Assembly: GCA_043803765.1 (NCBI GenBank)
Contig: JAZDJQ010000008.1
Coordinates: 1 to 21,044, forward strand
Source of the DNA: Candidatus Iainarchaeum sp.
Lineage (GTDB): Archaea > Iainarchaeota > Iainarchaeia > Iainarchaeales > VGJJ01
DNA: 21,044 nt
Reading direction: 5' to 3'
Part shown: in pieces, positions 7,937 to 16,967 of the stretch
Numbering within the stretch: position 1 is the first letter of the stretch
Layout: every line of letters begins with the position of its first letter
Program-made: the position numbers and the translations under genes
The notes under the pieces: model-generated
Told to the model about the DNA's origin: nothing
Database searches by the model: none
What the model saw: the letters and a program-made list of their open reading frames with translations, nothing else

Positions 7937-8473
7937 ATGTCGCGCAAAATCGTTTTTCCAGGTGAACGTTTGACGGTTGAAGAGGAATATGCTCCCGGCT
8001 ATCATGCGTTTTCCGATGAGGATGGTAATGTTTCTTCTTCCATTGTAGGAGAAGCCTCTTTTGATGAGGAATCTCGTGAAGTTCATGTGAATCCTACGCG
8101 CAATCAGCATGTTTCGATTGATGTGGGAACAATCGTATACGGTCGTGTTGCGTTGGTGAAGGACGCAGTTGTTATTCTTTCCATTGGCCGTGCGGAAAAG
8201 AATGGGGAAAAGCGCGCCATTCATGACGCAAGCGCGGTATTGGGAGTAGCGCGTGCTTCGCGTGATTTTATTCGTTCCCTTAAGGAGCATTATAAGATTG
8301 GGGATATTGTCAAAGCAAAAGTATCCAGCATTACTCCTTATTCGATTGAGGTTTCAACGAATGAGAAGGGGTTTGGCGTGATTTGTTCTCGTGATGAGAT
8401 TATTCAAAAGACAATTGCCGGCGGAGAAAAACTGCCGGTTAATCCGGTTGTGAGTATGCTTGAGGGAGAGTGA
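7937..8473 (+). CDS. csl4: Exosome RNA-binding subunit Csl4 (lacking C-terminal Zn ribbon)
   Basis: IVFPGERLTVEEEYAPG N-terminal domain, S1 domain (VGTIVYGRV; YKIGDIVKAKV) and GFGVI. Directly upstream of rpoL, as is usual in archaea. Start moved to ATG 7937. Confidence 0.88.
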   Translation: MSRKIVFPGERLTVEEEYAPGYHAFSDEDGNVSSSIVGEASFDEESREVHVNPTRNQHVSIDVGTIVYGRVALVKDAVVILSIGRAEKNGEKRAIHDASAVLGVARASRDFIRSLKEHYKIGDIVKAKVSSITPYSIEVSTNEKGFGVICSRDEIIQKTIAGGEKLPVNPVVSMLEGE

Positions 8474-8480
8474 AAAAAGT

Positions 8481-8756
8481 ATGGAAATCGAATTCATCAA
8501 GAAGCAAGCCCGTCATGTCGAGTTCAAATTGTTAGGTGAAACGCACACGTTTGCTAATTTGTTAAAGTCTCATCTTATGGACGACCCTTCGGTTGAGTTT
8601 GTGGCGTACAAGTTAGAGCATCCTATGGATAAGGATGCATTATTTGTTATCAAGACGAAGGAAAAGGATGCTAAAAAAGTTCTTCTCGATGCTGCGAAGA
8701 AGGTAGAAGAGGACGTGAAGGACTTGCAGGGTGCATTAGACAAGGCGTTGAAGTAA
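8481..8756 (+). CDS. rpoL: DNA-directed RNA polymerase subunit L (Rpo11)
   Basis: GETHTFANLLKSHL...VEFVAYKLEHP signature. Purine-rich RBS before ATG 8481. Confidence 0.95.
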   Translation: MEIEFIKKQARHVEFKLLGETHTFANLLKSHLMDDPSVEFVAYKLEHPMDKDALFVIKTKEKDAKKVLLDAAKKVEEDVKDLQGALDKALK

Positions 8757-8811
8757 TCATTTTTCTCCGAACACGTCTCTTTTTTAATGCCTCGGGTTTC
8801 GTTTACATTTA

Positions 8812-9555
8812 ATGTCTTTCCAAAAAAAGAAATCAGTCTGGTCGCGTCTTGATCCTTTCACCTATGTGGAGGAGTACGCCATGCCCCTTCTCAATCCGTG
8901 GAATAATGAAATTCTCTCATGGATTATTTACATTGCTTTTTCTTTTCTTTTTGCCTATCTCTTGTATGCTCTTTTCGGTTTTGTTCTTCAAACAGCGTCT
9001 CCTCTTGTAATTGTCGTTTCGGGCAGTATGCTTCCCACCCTTGCGCGTGGTGACGTAGTATTGTTGCAGGGAATAGATGGTATTTCTCTTGACGCACCGG
9101 AGGTAGTGTTGGACGGAATAGATGTTTCCCATTCTTCTCTTCAGGATTTAGCGGATATCCAGCTTCTTCCTTCTGGAGAATGGCGTATTGAATTTAAGGG
9201 AACGAATCAAACCATTCTAGTCCCGCCGCGTGGAACGAGCAACATTGTAGTGTATGCTTCTTCCTACAAGAATATTGAAATCATTCATCGTGCCGTGGTA
9301 AAAATAATGTCGGATGGGCAATACTATCTTCTTACGAAGGGGGATAACAATCCTTCTTTGGACCAGGATTGCGGGGACGTTTCGACGAAGTATTTTCCTG
9401 AGGAAAGTGCCATTCACACTATTACGCAAAAGTCCTGTCCTTCTCCTTATCCCGTTCCCCTTTCGGATGTTAAAGGAAAAGCCCTCTTTTGGATTCCTTT
9501 TATTGGCTATGTGAAATTGGTTATTGTGGATGGGATTCCTTCTTTTTTTAGGTAG
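8812..9555 (+). CDS. Signal peptidase I, archaeal/Sec11 type
   Basis: TM helix, then VVSGSMLPTL.RGD (catalytic Ser), IIHR (His), TKGDNN...D and GKALFWIPFIGYV. Confidence 0.9.
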   Translation: MSFQKKKSVWSRLDPFTYVEEYAMPLLNPWNNEILSWIIYIAFSFLFAYLLYALFGFVLQTASPLVIVVSGSMLPTLARGDVVLLQGIDGISLDAPEVVLDGIDVSHSSLQDLADIQLLPSGEWRIEFKGTNQTILVPPRGTSNIVVYASSYKNIEIIHRAVVKIMSDGQYYLLTKGDNNPSLDQDCGDVSTKYFPEESAIHTITQKSCPSPYPVPLSDVKGKALFWIPFIGYVKLVIVDGIPSFFR

Positions 9556-9634
9556 GGTTTATATCATTCCCGTGTGTTCTTACTTTATTGAGTTCTCGTA
9601 CGTAGAATAACCGGATATAGGGGGTTGGTTATCC

Positions 9635-10384
9635 ATGATGGAATTGGTGATTGAGCGCGCAGAAGTATTGAAGCGTAGTGTGGATGCGATTGCCGTGCTG
9701 ATTGATGAGGCCGAGTTCGAGGTCTCAAGTAAGGGTCTTTCTCTCAAAGCAACAGATCCTTCCCAGATTTCGATGGTTGATTTTGAGTTTGAAAAATCCG
9801 CGTTTAAGAAATTTCATGTGGATAACACGTTGCGTATCGGGTTGGATTTAGAATACCTCAATCAAGTCATGTCTCGTTCTAAACCAAATGATGAGGTCAT
9901 GTTAAAGTTGGATGATGATTCTTCTAAACTTATGATTACGTTCAGGGGAACATCCACCCGCACGTTCTCCGTTCCCTTAATCGATATTTCTTCTGGGGAG
10001 CTTCCCAATCCCAAGATTGAGTTTGATGCGATGGTGAAAGTGAAAGCAGGGGTGTTGCAGGACGCGTTGAAGGATGCAGGGCTGCTTTCGACGCATCTCA
10101 CGCTTGGGGCAAAGATGGATTCTTTTTTTGTGAAGGCTGTTTCTTCTAAAGGGGAATTGATGAATGAAACTTCCAAAGGGAGTGATTCTCTTCCCGATTT
10201 GAGCGTGAAGAAGGATTGTTCTTCCATGTTTCCGTTGGATTATTTGAGTGATATGCTCAAGGCCGCGGGCGGTGACACGGACGTATTAGTCAAACTCAAG
10301 GAAAACGCTCCCGTTGAAATTAATTACAAGATTGGCGATGCCAAGATGCGTTACTTTCTTGCTCCGCGCATTGAGAGTGCGTAA
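9635..10384 (+). CDS. pcn: PCNA sliding clamp, paralog 1 (canonical)
   Basis: LIDEAEFEV...GLSLKATDPSQISMVD, IGLDL, interdomain loop PLIDISSGELPNPKIEF, and YFLAPRIE C-terminus. Confidence 0.96.
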   Translation: MMELVIERAEVLKRSVDAIAVLIDEAEFEVSSKGLSLKATDPSQISMVDFEFEKSAFKKFHVDNTLRIGLDLEYLNQVMSRSKPNDEVMLKLDDDSSKLMITFRGTSTRTFSVPLIDISSGELPNPKIEFDAMVKVKAGVLQDALKDAGLLSTHLTLGAKMDSFFVKAVSSKGELMNETSKGSDSLPDLSVKKDCSSMFPLDYLSDMLKAAGGDTDVLVKLKENAPVEINYKIGDAKMRYFLAPRIESA

Positions 10385-10398
10385 TCATTTCATTTTTC

Positions 10399-10959
10399 TC
10401 ACTTTGGGCGTTTGATCCACGCAATGCTCACTACCAATCCGGCTATCATGTCCACGAGAAAGTCTTGCATCGTGTTAGTTAAACCCCCTTGGAAGTCCGT
10501 TCCCCGCAGAAAGTCAGATGAAAACTCTCCTAACTCCCATACCGCTCCTAGTCCCAAGCTGAATAGTATCATTCCCACTACAATCAACAAGGGAGGGGCT
10601 TCTTTCAATAATTGCGGGTAGGCTTTTTGCATTAATACGAGTGCGCTTACTGCAAGGAATACGCTTGTCGTGTAATGCGTGGTAATGTCCCATCCGGGTA
10701 TGGTATGATAAAAGTCGAATCCCAATCCAAGGAGGTTATTGAACACGAGTAATAATGAAAAAAGAGCATCCATCCATTGCCCCGTGTTTCCCAAAAAGTG
10801 TTTGCATACATAATATGCGATTCCGCTTGCTCCTAAACTCATGAGGAGTATTCCCACCATTTCCCATTTTCCATTGAGTGCAAAATAGAGTATTCCTGCT
10901 CCCAGCAGGGCGCGTAACCCCCATCCGAGTGCATGTCCTTGTTTTTCCACCTGTTTCAC
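10399..10959 (-). CDS. Membrane protein, DUF2238/VanZ-like
   Basis: Several TM helices with WDITTH, GAVWELGEF..D and TMQD motifs. GTG start. Confidence 0.7.
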   Translation of the reverse strand: MKQVEKQGHALGWGLRALLGAGILYFALNGKWEMVGILLMSLGASGIAYYVCKHFLGNTGQWMDALFSLLLVFNNLLGLGFDFYHTIPGWDITTHYTTSVFLAVSALVLMQKAYPQLLKEAPPLLIVVGMILFSLGLGAVWELGEFSSDFLRGTDFQGGLTNTMQDFLVDMIAGLVVSIAWIKRPK

Positions 10960-11000
10960 CCTCTTTTCTTTTAACGTTCAGCCTGCCTATAATAGTTTGT

Positions 11001-11729
11001 ATGATGGAAACGCAGGACATTTCTTCCTTCAAGCGTACGATTGATGCGATTGCTTCTTTCATTTCAGAGGGGAATTTCCGCTTCTCCGATAAAGGGATTA
11101 GTTTGCGTGCCGTTGACCCTTCTCAAATCGTATTAGTGGATTGTTTTATTGAAAAGAGTGCTTTTCAGAAATACGAGTTGGAGCCAAACTATATTGGGTT
11201 GGATGTGGTAGAATTGTCGCGCATGCTGGCGCGTTCGTTAAACAACGACAAACTAGTTTTAGATGTGGATGATAGTGAGCTTCATCTCAAACTGGAGGGG
11301 GATTTTTCTCGTTCTTTCCACTTGCCTCTTATCGATGTTTCCGAACCCGATAAAGAACTCAGGCTTCCTTCGCAGAATTTTGATACGCATGTGGAGATAA
11401 ATGCTCGTCTCTTTAAGGAAGCATTGAAAGATGCTCTTATTTTTGGTAGCACAGTCGTGTTGAAAGTGAAAGATTCTCATTTTGAGATGGAGGCGCGTGG
11501 CAGTCCGGGTATGCTCAAAACGGTATCAACTCAATCCAAACTTATTTCAATCAACAAGGGAACGAATGCCGTGTCAAAGTATTCTCTTAATTTTCTTTCA
11601 AATATTGTAAAGGAAGCGGACAATGATTCCACTATTTCGCTTGAGTTTAAGACGGATTCCCCGATGCGCATCACCTATCCAATAGGAAAGACCAAAATGC
11701 AGTACTACCTCGCGCATATGATATTGTAG
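11001..11729 (+). CDS. pcn: PCNA sliding clamp, paralog 2 (divergent)
   Basis: FKRTIDAIASFISEGNFRFSDKGISLRAVDPSQIVLVD, IGLDV, LPLIDV, SKYSLNFL, DSPMRITY and YYLAH. Start at ATG 11001 with TTTTAA at 10969-10974. Confidence 0.93.
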   Translation: MMETQDISSFKRTIDAIASFISEGNFRFSDKGISLRAVDPSQIVLVDCFIEKSAFQKYELEPNYIGLDVVELSRMLARSLNNDKLVLDVDDSELHLKLEGDFSRSFHLPLIDVSEPDKELRLPSQNFDTHVEINARLFKEALKDALIFGSTVVLKVKDSHFEMEARGSPGMLKTVSTQSKLISINKGTNAVSKYSLNFLSNIVKEADNDSTISLEFKTDSPMRITYPIGKTKMQYYLAHMIL

Positions 11730-11822
11730 TTTTTTTTGTTTTCCTATTTTTTTTCTTTTCTTTTTATTATTGGCGCTTTCCTTCCATTAGGTTTAAGGGA
11801 GTGCAGCAATGCATATTATTCT

Positions 11823-12923
11823 ATGATTCCCATTTCCCAATTGCAGTTTGCCAGAAAATATCCTTTTTCTTCGAGTGCTAAACAAACCATTCGGCATCTT
11901 TCTCCTAATTTAGAAGACGTAGATTCGTCTCTTTTCTCGAGTGCGGGGGAATGGATTCTCGCATTGGGTTCTGCTTCTTCAAAAAATCGTCGTGCATTTG
12001 TTGAGCATCATTTTGCTCAGCGTGAAATTTCGTATTCCGAATTTCTTACTCGTGATATTCTTGTTTTTCCTCTCATTAAGGTGCTTCTTTCATGTATGGG
12101 CAATCCTGTATTGTATGAGCGTTTTGCCATGCTGATGGGGGACCTTACGTTTGAATACTTGGCGAGTGAGAAAGACCGCTCCTCGGCAATAATTGAATTA
12201 GCTCATGAATTAGGTTATCGTATTGAATTTTCTCATATGGAGGATAAGCCCGTTTTTCATATTTCCTTATCTCAATATCTTGCTTTTCCATTGAAGGATG
12301 CCCAGCTTCATTTGGTGAATCAGCCTGTTCATAAAGGAGTAATACGTGCGGACGTGAATACGACTGCGCGTTGGCTTGCGGAAGGGGTTCATGCTATTGT
12401 TCGGGAGTCTCTTCCGGTTGAAGTAAAAGGTCTTCCTTCTTCTATTTTGTCAGCCGCCGCTGCTATTCGTGAAAATCTTAACGTGCTTCGTTCGCAGGAA
12501 TCTCGTTCTCTTCCTCATGGGGTTATTCTGGATGCTTTTCCTCCTTGTATGGAAAAGTTGCATGGGGAAATTATTTCCGGGGGGAATATTCCGCATATGG
12601 CTCGTTTTGATTTGGCTACTTTTTTGATTAATATTCACATGCCATTAGACGATATTATGTCTGTTTTTTCCAAAGCGTCTAATTTTGATGAGCATGTTAC
12701 ACGTTATCATGTGGAGAATCTCTCTGGAAAATCATCAGGTAAGAAGTATTCCGTTCCTGCTTGCTCTAAAATAAGGGAGCACGGATTGTGCGTTTCCCGT
12801 ACATGCAATGTGGGTCATCCTCTTCAGTTTTATGAACGTGAATCCGTATTTGAAAAAGATAAGAAAGAAGAAAACGATTCGGTTGGAAAAAATCCTATTG
12901 TCCCGACGGCCACGCGTTCATAA
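11823..12923 (+). CDS. priL: DNA primase large subunit PriL
   Basis: ARKYPF, LVNQPVHKG, FPPCM, HMARFDLATFL, FDEHVTRYHVE and YSVPAC...GLC...C...HPLQFY, giving four Fe-S Cys ligands. Start moved to ATG 11823. Confidence 0.93.
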   Translation: MIPISQLQFARKYPFSSSAKQTIRHLSPNLEDVDSSLFSSAGEWILALGSASSKNRRAFVEHHFAQREISYSEFLTRDILVFPLIKVLLSCMGNPVLYERFAMLMGDLTFEYLASEKDRSSAIIELAHELGYRIEFSHMEDKPVFHISLSQYLAFPLKDAQLHLVNQPVHKGVIRADVNTTARWLAEGVHAIVRESLPVEVKGLPSSILSAAAAIRENLNVLRSQESRSLPHGVILDAFPPCMEKLHGEIISGGNIPHMARFDLATFLINIHMPLDDIMSVFSKASNFDEHVTRYHVENLSGKSSGKKYSVPACSKIREHGLCVSRTCNVGHPLQFYERESVFEKDKKEENDSVGKNPIVPTATRS

Positions 12924-15597
12924 TGCTTGTTTTTTCCACGTATTTTTTCCTCATCCATTTCCATACCCGGTCAATATAGGGAGTAATACTTGCTGTTAGG
13001 AGGCTTCCTCCTAGGATGTATATCCAGTCATTCAAAACGATTTCTTTTGTTTTAAAAACCGGATCAAGGAATGGAACATACACGGCTATTAGCTGCAACC
13101 CAAATGATGCGAGTACTGCGAGAATGAGCCATTTGTTAGTGAAGGGCGAGCATTCCAGAATGCTTTTTCCTTCCTGTCGTGAATTGAATACGAGTAATAA
13201 TTCAAACACAACAAGTGTAGTAAATGCGAGCGTTCCGGCATAGGCTGTATCCCGTTGCAGTCCATACAGGTACATCCCGAGTGTTAGTGTTGTTCCCATA
13301 ATAGCTGATATTACAATGAATGATTTCATTCGGTCGAGTATTCCTTCTTCTTTTGGTCGTGGTTTTCGCTGCATCACGTCTTTTGCCGGTGGATCTTCTC
13401 CTAGTGCCAGTGCGGGTAATGCATCCGTTGCGAGATTAATCCATAACAGTTGAATGGGGGCCAATATTTCTCCTATTTGGAGGAAGAATCCCAGTGACAC
13501 GACGAGTATTTCGGCCAAGTTTGCAGCAAGTAAATATCGTACAAATCCTTGCAGGTTTTGGTAAATCGTTCTTCCTAATTCTACTGCTTTTACAATTGTT
13601 GCAAAATTATCATCGCGCAATACCATGGCGCTGGCTTCTTTTGCTACATCGGTTCCCTTTATTCCCATGGCAATTCCTATATCGGCTCGTTTAATGGCAG
13701 GCGCATCATTCACTCCGTCTCCTGTAACCGCGACTACTTCCCCCATTTTTTGGAGTTGTTCGACAATCTTGTATTTGTGTTCCGGGTCCACTCGTGCGAA
13801 TAGTGCATGGGTATGAACGGCTTCTCTGAAATGCATTTCATCCATTTCATTCAATTCTTGTCCGGTAATGGCGTTTCCTTTCAATCCTAATTTTTCGGCG
13901 ATGGCTTTTGCCGTAATCGGGTGGTCTCCCGTTATTATTTTCACTTTTATTCCTGCTTCTTGGCATTGGTGAATGGCTTCTCGTACTTCTTCTCGGGGTG
14001 GGTCGCGTAATGCTTGTAATCCTGTAAAAGTAAGTTCCTGTTCCGGTTCAGATGGAACAATCTTCGTTTTGCGGTAAGCAAATCCTAATACGCGGTACGC
14101 GCTTTTGGATAATGTTTCCGTCTGTTCGAGGATATATTGTTTCTTTAAGGGAGTAAGCGGAACGGCTTGTCCATGTTCCCAGATGGATTGGCAGTGTTCT
14201 AATACCATTTCAACTGCCCCTTTCATGTACGTGTGATAACTTTCATTGTCTTGGCATACCACGCTCATTCTTTTTCGTTCACTTGTAAAAGGAACTTCTT
14301 TCACTCGTGAATATACGTTTGCTATTTCTCCTTTGTGTGCGGATACGAGCATGGCTCCTTCTGTTGGGTCGCCTAATATTTTCTCTCCCGCGATATCATA
14401 TTGTGCATTATTGCAATACACTCCCCCTTCTAATGTGAGCATTCCTCCCGAGTTTTTTTCTAGTTGTACGCGCGTATCATTCCATTGGATTTCTCCTCGT
14501 GGACTGTATCCTACTCCCGTTATACGATATAATTTTTCATCCGCATACAGGTATTCGCACGTCATTTCATTTTTTGTTAGTGTTCCTGTTTTATCCGAGC
14601 AAATAACGGTAGTTGAACCCAGTGTTTCTGCGCTGGGTAAGTGTTTAATGAGTGCATTTTCTTTTGCCATTTTTTGGATGCCTAATGCTAACGTGATTGT
14701 GGTGATTGCAGGTAATCCTTCTGGGATGGCCGCCACTCCTAGTGATATTGCAAGGAGCAGCATTTCGACAATGTTCCTTCCCTGCACAAAATATCCCAGT
14801 ATGAATAACAATACCATGATGACGAGCACTCCTTTCGTCATTTGTTGGGCTAACACTCCTAAGTGTTGTTTGAGTGGGGATGGTTCTTCTTCTACTTCCT
14901 GCATTTTTTGTGCAATTTTTCCAAATTCTGTTTTCAATCCCGTAGCAATGACTACTCCTATTCCTCTTCCCCGTACAACGGATGTATTGGCGTATCCGCA
15001 GTTTTTTCTGTCGGCGATTCCTGCTATTCCTTGAATACGGTCTGTTCGTTTGCTCACCGGATTGCTTTCTCCTGTAAGAATCGCTTCATCTACTGCCGTT
15101 TCAATCGCTTCAATAAAGCGGATGTCGGCCGGAATTTTTGTTCCTTCTTCTAATTGGACAATGTCTCCCGGCACAACAGTTATTGCATCGATTTCTTCCC
15201 ATTTTTCATTTCTTCGTACCGTTGCGCGTAATGCTCCCATTTTTTTTAATTCATCAATTGCTTTTTCTGCCTTAAACTCTTGTAAAAATCCTAGCAGTCC
15301 ATTAAGTATAACAATAGCAAAAATAGCCATCGTATCAATCGTGTCTCCTACTAGCCAGGATAGTATTCCTGCCGCAATGAGAACCAATACTAATAATTCG
15401 GTGAATTGTCCAATCAATAATCCTATTACATTGATTTTTTTTTTGAGTGTGATCGTATTTTTTCCATATTCGCTTAATCGTTGTGCTGCTTCTTCATGAG
15501 TCAATCCTTCTTTTCTTGTTTGGAGACGTTGAATGGTTTCCTCGGGCGATCGTGCGTAATACAAAGGTGCATTTCCTTCCTGCACGGGTAACGTCAT
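12895..15597 (-). CDS. P-type IIA (SERCA-like) Ca2+-transporting ATPase
   Basis: Motifs TGES, AAIPEGLP, CSDKTGTLT, KGA, DPPR, TGD, TGDGVNDAP and WINLATD. Start set at MTLPVQ (15597), 22 nt from a minus-strand TTTATATA at 15619-15626. 3' end overlaps priL by 29 nt. Confidence 0.95.
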   Translation of the reverse strand: MTLPVQEGNAPLYYARSPEETIQRLQTRKEGLTHEEAAQRLSEYGKNTITLKKKINVIGLLIGQFTELLVLVLIAAGILSWLVGDTIDTMAIFAIVILNGLLGFLQEFKAEKAIDELKKMGALRATVRRNEKWEEIDAITVVPGDIVQLEEGTKIPADIRFIEAIETAVDEAILTGESNPVSKRTDRIQGIAGIADRKNCGYANTSVVRGRGIGVVIATGLKTEFGKIAQKMQEVEEEPSPLKQHLGVLAQQMTKGVLVIMVLLFILGYFVQGRNIVEMLLLAISLGVAAIPEGLPAITTITLALGIQKMAKENALIKHLPSAETLGSTTVICSDKTGTLTKNEMTCEYLYADEKLYRITGVGYSPRGEIQWNDTRVQLEKNSGGMLTLEGGVYCNNAQYDIAGEKILGDPTEGAMLVSAHKGEIANVYSRVKEVPFTSERKRMSVVCQDNESYHTYMKGAVEMVLEHCQSIWEHGQAVPLTPLKKQYILEQTETLSKSAYRVLGFAYRKTKIVPSEPEQELTFTGLQALRDPPREEVREAIHQCQEAGIKVKIITGDHPITAKAIAEKLGLKGNAITGQELNEMDEMHFREAVHTHALFARVDPEHKYKIVEQLQKMGEVVAVTGDGVNDAPAIKRADIGIAMGIKGTDVAKEASAMVLRDDNFATIVKAVELGRTIYQNLQGFVRYLLAANLAEILVVSLGFFLQIGEILAPIQLLWINLATDALPALALGEDPPAKDVMQRKPRPKEEGILDRMKSFIVISAIMGTTLTLGMYLYGLQRDTAYAGTLAFTTLVVFELLLVFNSRQEGKSILECSPFTNKWLILAVLASFGLQLIAVYVPFLDPVFKTKEIVLNDWIYILGGSLLTASITPYIDRVWKWMRKKYVEKTSIMNAWPSGQ

Positions 15598-15618
15598 TCT
15601 TGAACCGGAGTTTTGGCG

Positions 15619-15626
15619 TATATAAA
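15619..15626 (-). promoter_or_regulatory. TATA box for the P-type ATPase
   Basis: TTTATATA on the minus strand, 22 nt from ATG 15597. Confidence 0.55.
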
Positions 15627-15712
15627 CCGCGTCTTTGATGGATACAGGCAATGCAAGAGGAAAGGTAATAACTCTCTTCCTTCTTACTACTAGTAAAGGG
15701 GGTTCATCGAAT

Positions 15713-16942
15713 ATGCTGGGGTTGGGCGTTGAGCGCACATGGATGAAGGGTCTTTTTCAGTCCTATTACCATTCGCATCCTGTTAATCCGCCCTATGATG
15801 TTTCACGTAGAGAATTCGGTCATGGTTCTTTTAAGAAAATTGACACGCGTCATCTTTCATTTGATACTACTGCTGAGTTCAATGCTTTTCTCCAAAATGT
15901 TTCTCCTCTCTATATTTCGGCTTCCGCTTCTCAATTTCTTAATCCTTCTGCTCAACCCATTTCTTCTAAAGGATTGATTGGAAGCGACCTTATTTATGAG
16001 TTTGATGCGGATGACATTCCCTCTCCCTGCAAAGAAATACACGATTCGTGGAAATGTGTGCAGTGTGCTGCTGTTGGAAAGGGGCATGTGAAAAAATGTC
16101 CTTATTGTGGCCATGGAACACAATTAGATGAATGGGTGTGTTCTTCTTGTTTGTCCTCAACAAAAGAACAAACGTTTTCCTTGTTAAACGTCTTGCAGGA
16201 TGATTTTGGTTTTACTTCAAACGATTTACGCATTAATTTTTCTGGCAGCAAGGGCTATCATGTTCATGTCTCCTCTCCATCTATTTTTTCATTGCCAAAA
16301 TCGGCTCGTATCGAGTTGATGGATTATCTTTCTCTTCATGAGTGGGATGTGGCCAGTGCTGGATTTTTTTTTGATGGTAAACAATTTCACTGCCCCAAAA
16401 TGAATCATGCAGTAGGACTTGCGAGTCGTTTATTGAATGAGATACGCAATAAATTGGAATTTGGTTCGATTGAAGAATGGGCTGTTCTTTCAGGAACCAT
16501 TCCTCGTGTACTCAAACCTTTTCTGTTGGATAGGGAACGGTTGCTCCGTGATGTATCTGCTGGAGTGCTTCCTCCTCTTCCCGGAAAAAAGACGGAATCC
16601 TTTTGGGGGAATGTTCTTTCTTCTCTTTCGTTGCGTATTAAGCTTAATATTGACCGGCAGACGTCGGGGGATATTTACAAGCTCCTCCGCGTACCCGATA
16701 CGTTGCATGGAAGCACAGGATTCGTATCCAAATCGCTTTCTCTTGAAACGCTTTCCCCGTTTGACCCATTTGTTGATGCAGTAGCCTTTTCTCGTTCGAT
16801 TAAGCGAAAGGTTTTTGTTAAAACAAGTCCCATGATTAGAATAGGGGATGAAACTCTGGACCCCTTGAGTGAAAAAGAGGTTCTCGTTTCAGAGAGTATG
16901 GCAGCCTATCTTGTTGGGTGGGGTGCTGCCACATTAAGGTAG
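15713..16942 (+). CDS. priS: DNA primase small catalytic subunit PriS
   Basis: RREFG, RHLSF, DLIYEFDAD (catalytic motif), FSGSKGYHVHV and IDRQTSGDIYKLLRVPDTLHGSTG. ATG 15713 is preceded by AGGGGG. Confidence 0.95.
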   Translation: MLGLGVERTWMKGLFQSYYHSHPVNPPYDVSRREFGHGSFKKIDTRHLSFDTTAEFNAFLQNVSPLYISASASQFLNPSAQPISSKGLIGSDLIYEFDADDIPSPCKEIHDSWKCVQCAAVGKGHVKKCPYCGHGTQLDEWVCSSCLSSTKEQTFSLLNVLQDDFGFTSNDLRINFSGSKGYHVHVSSPSIFSLPKSARIELMDYLSLHEWDVASAGFFFDGKQFHCPKMNHAVGLASRLLNEIRNKLEFGSIEEWAVLSGTIPRVLKPFLLDRERLLRDVSAGVLPPLPGKKTESFWGNVLSSLSLRIKLNIDRQTSGDIYKLLRVPDTLHGSTGFVSKSLSLETLSPFDPFVDAVAFSRSIKRKVFVKTSPMIRIGDETLDPLSEKEVLVSESMAAYLVGWGAATLR

Positions 16943-16967
16943 TATCGGAAAAGGGGTGGAAAAAAGG

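Noticed and set aside
14246-15499. Long antisense ORFs (262 aa, 149 aa) and the other short alternative-frame ORFs in the track
   Set aside because: They are shadows of well-supported genes on the other strand or frame and show no recognisable motifs.
15598-15738. Head-to-head overlap of the ATPase and priS ORFs as given in the track
   Set aside because: Artefact of longest-ORF starts. Starts at 15597 (-) and 15713 (+) leave a normal divergent intergenic region.
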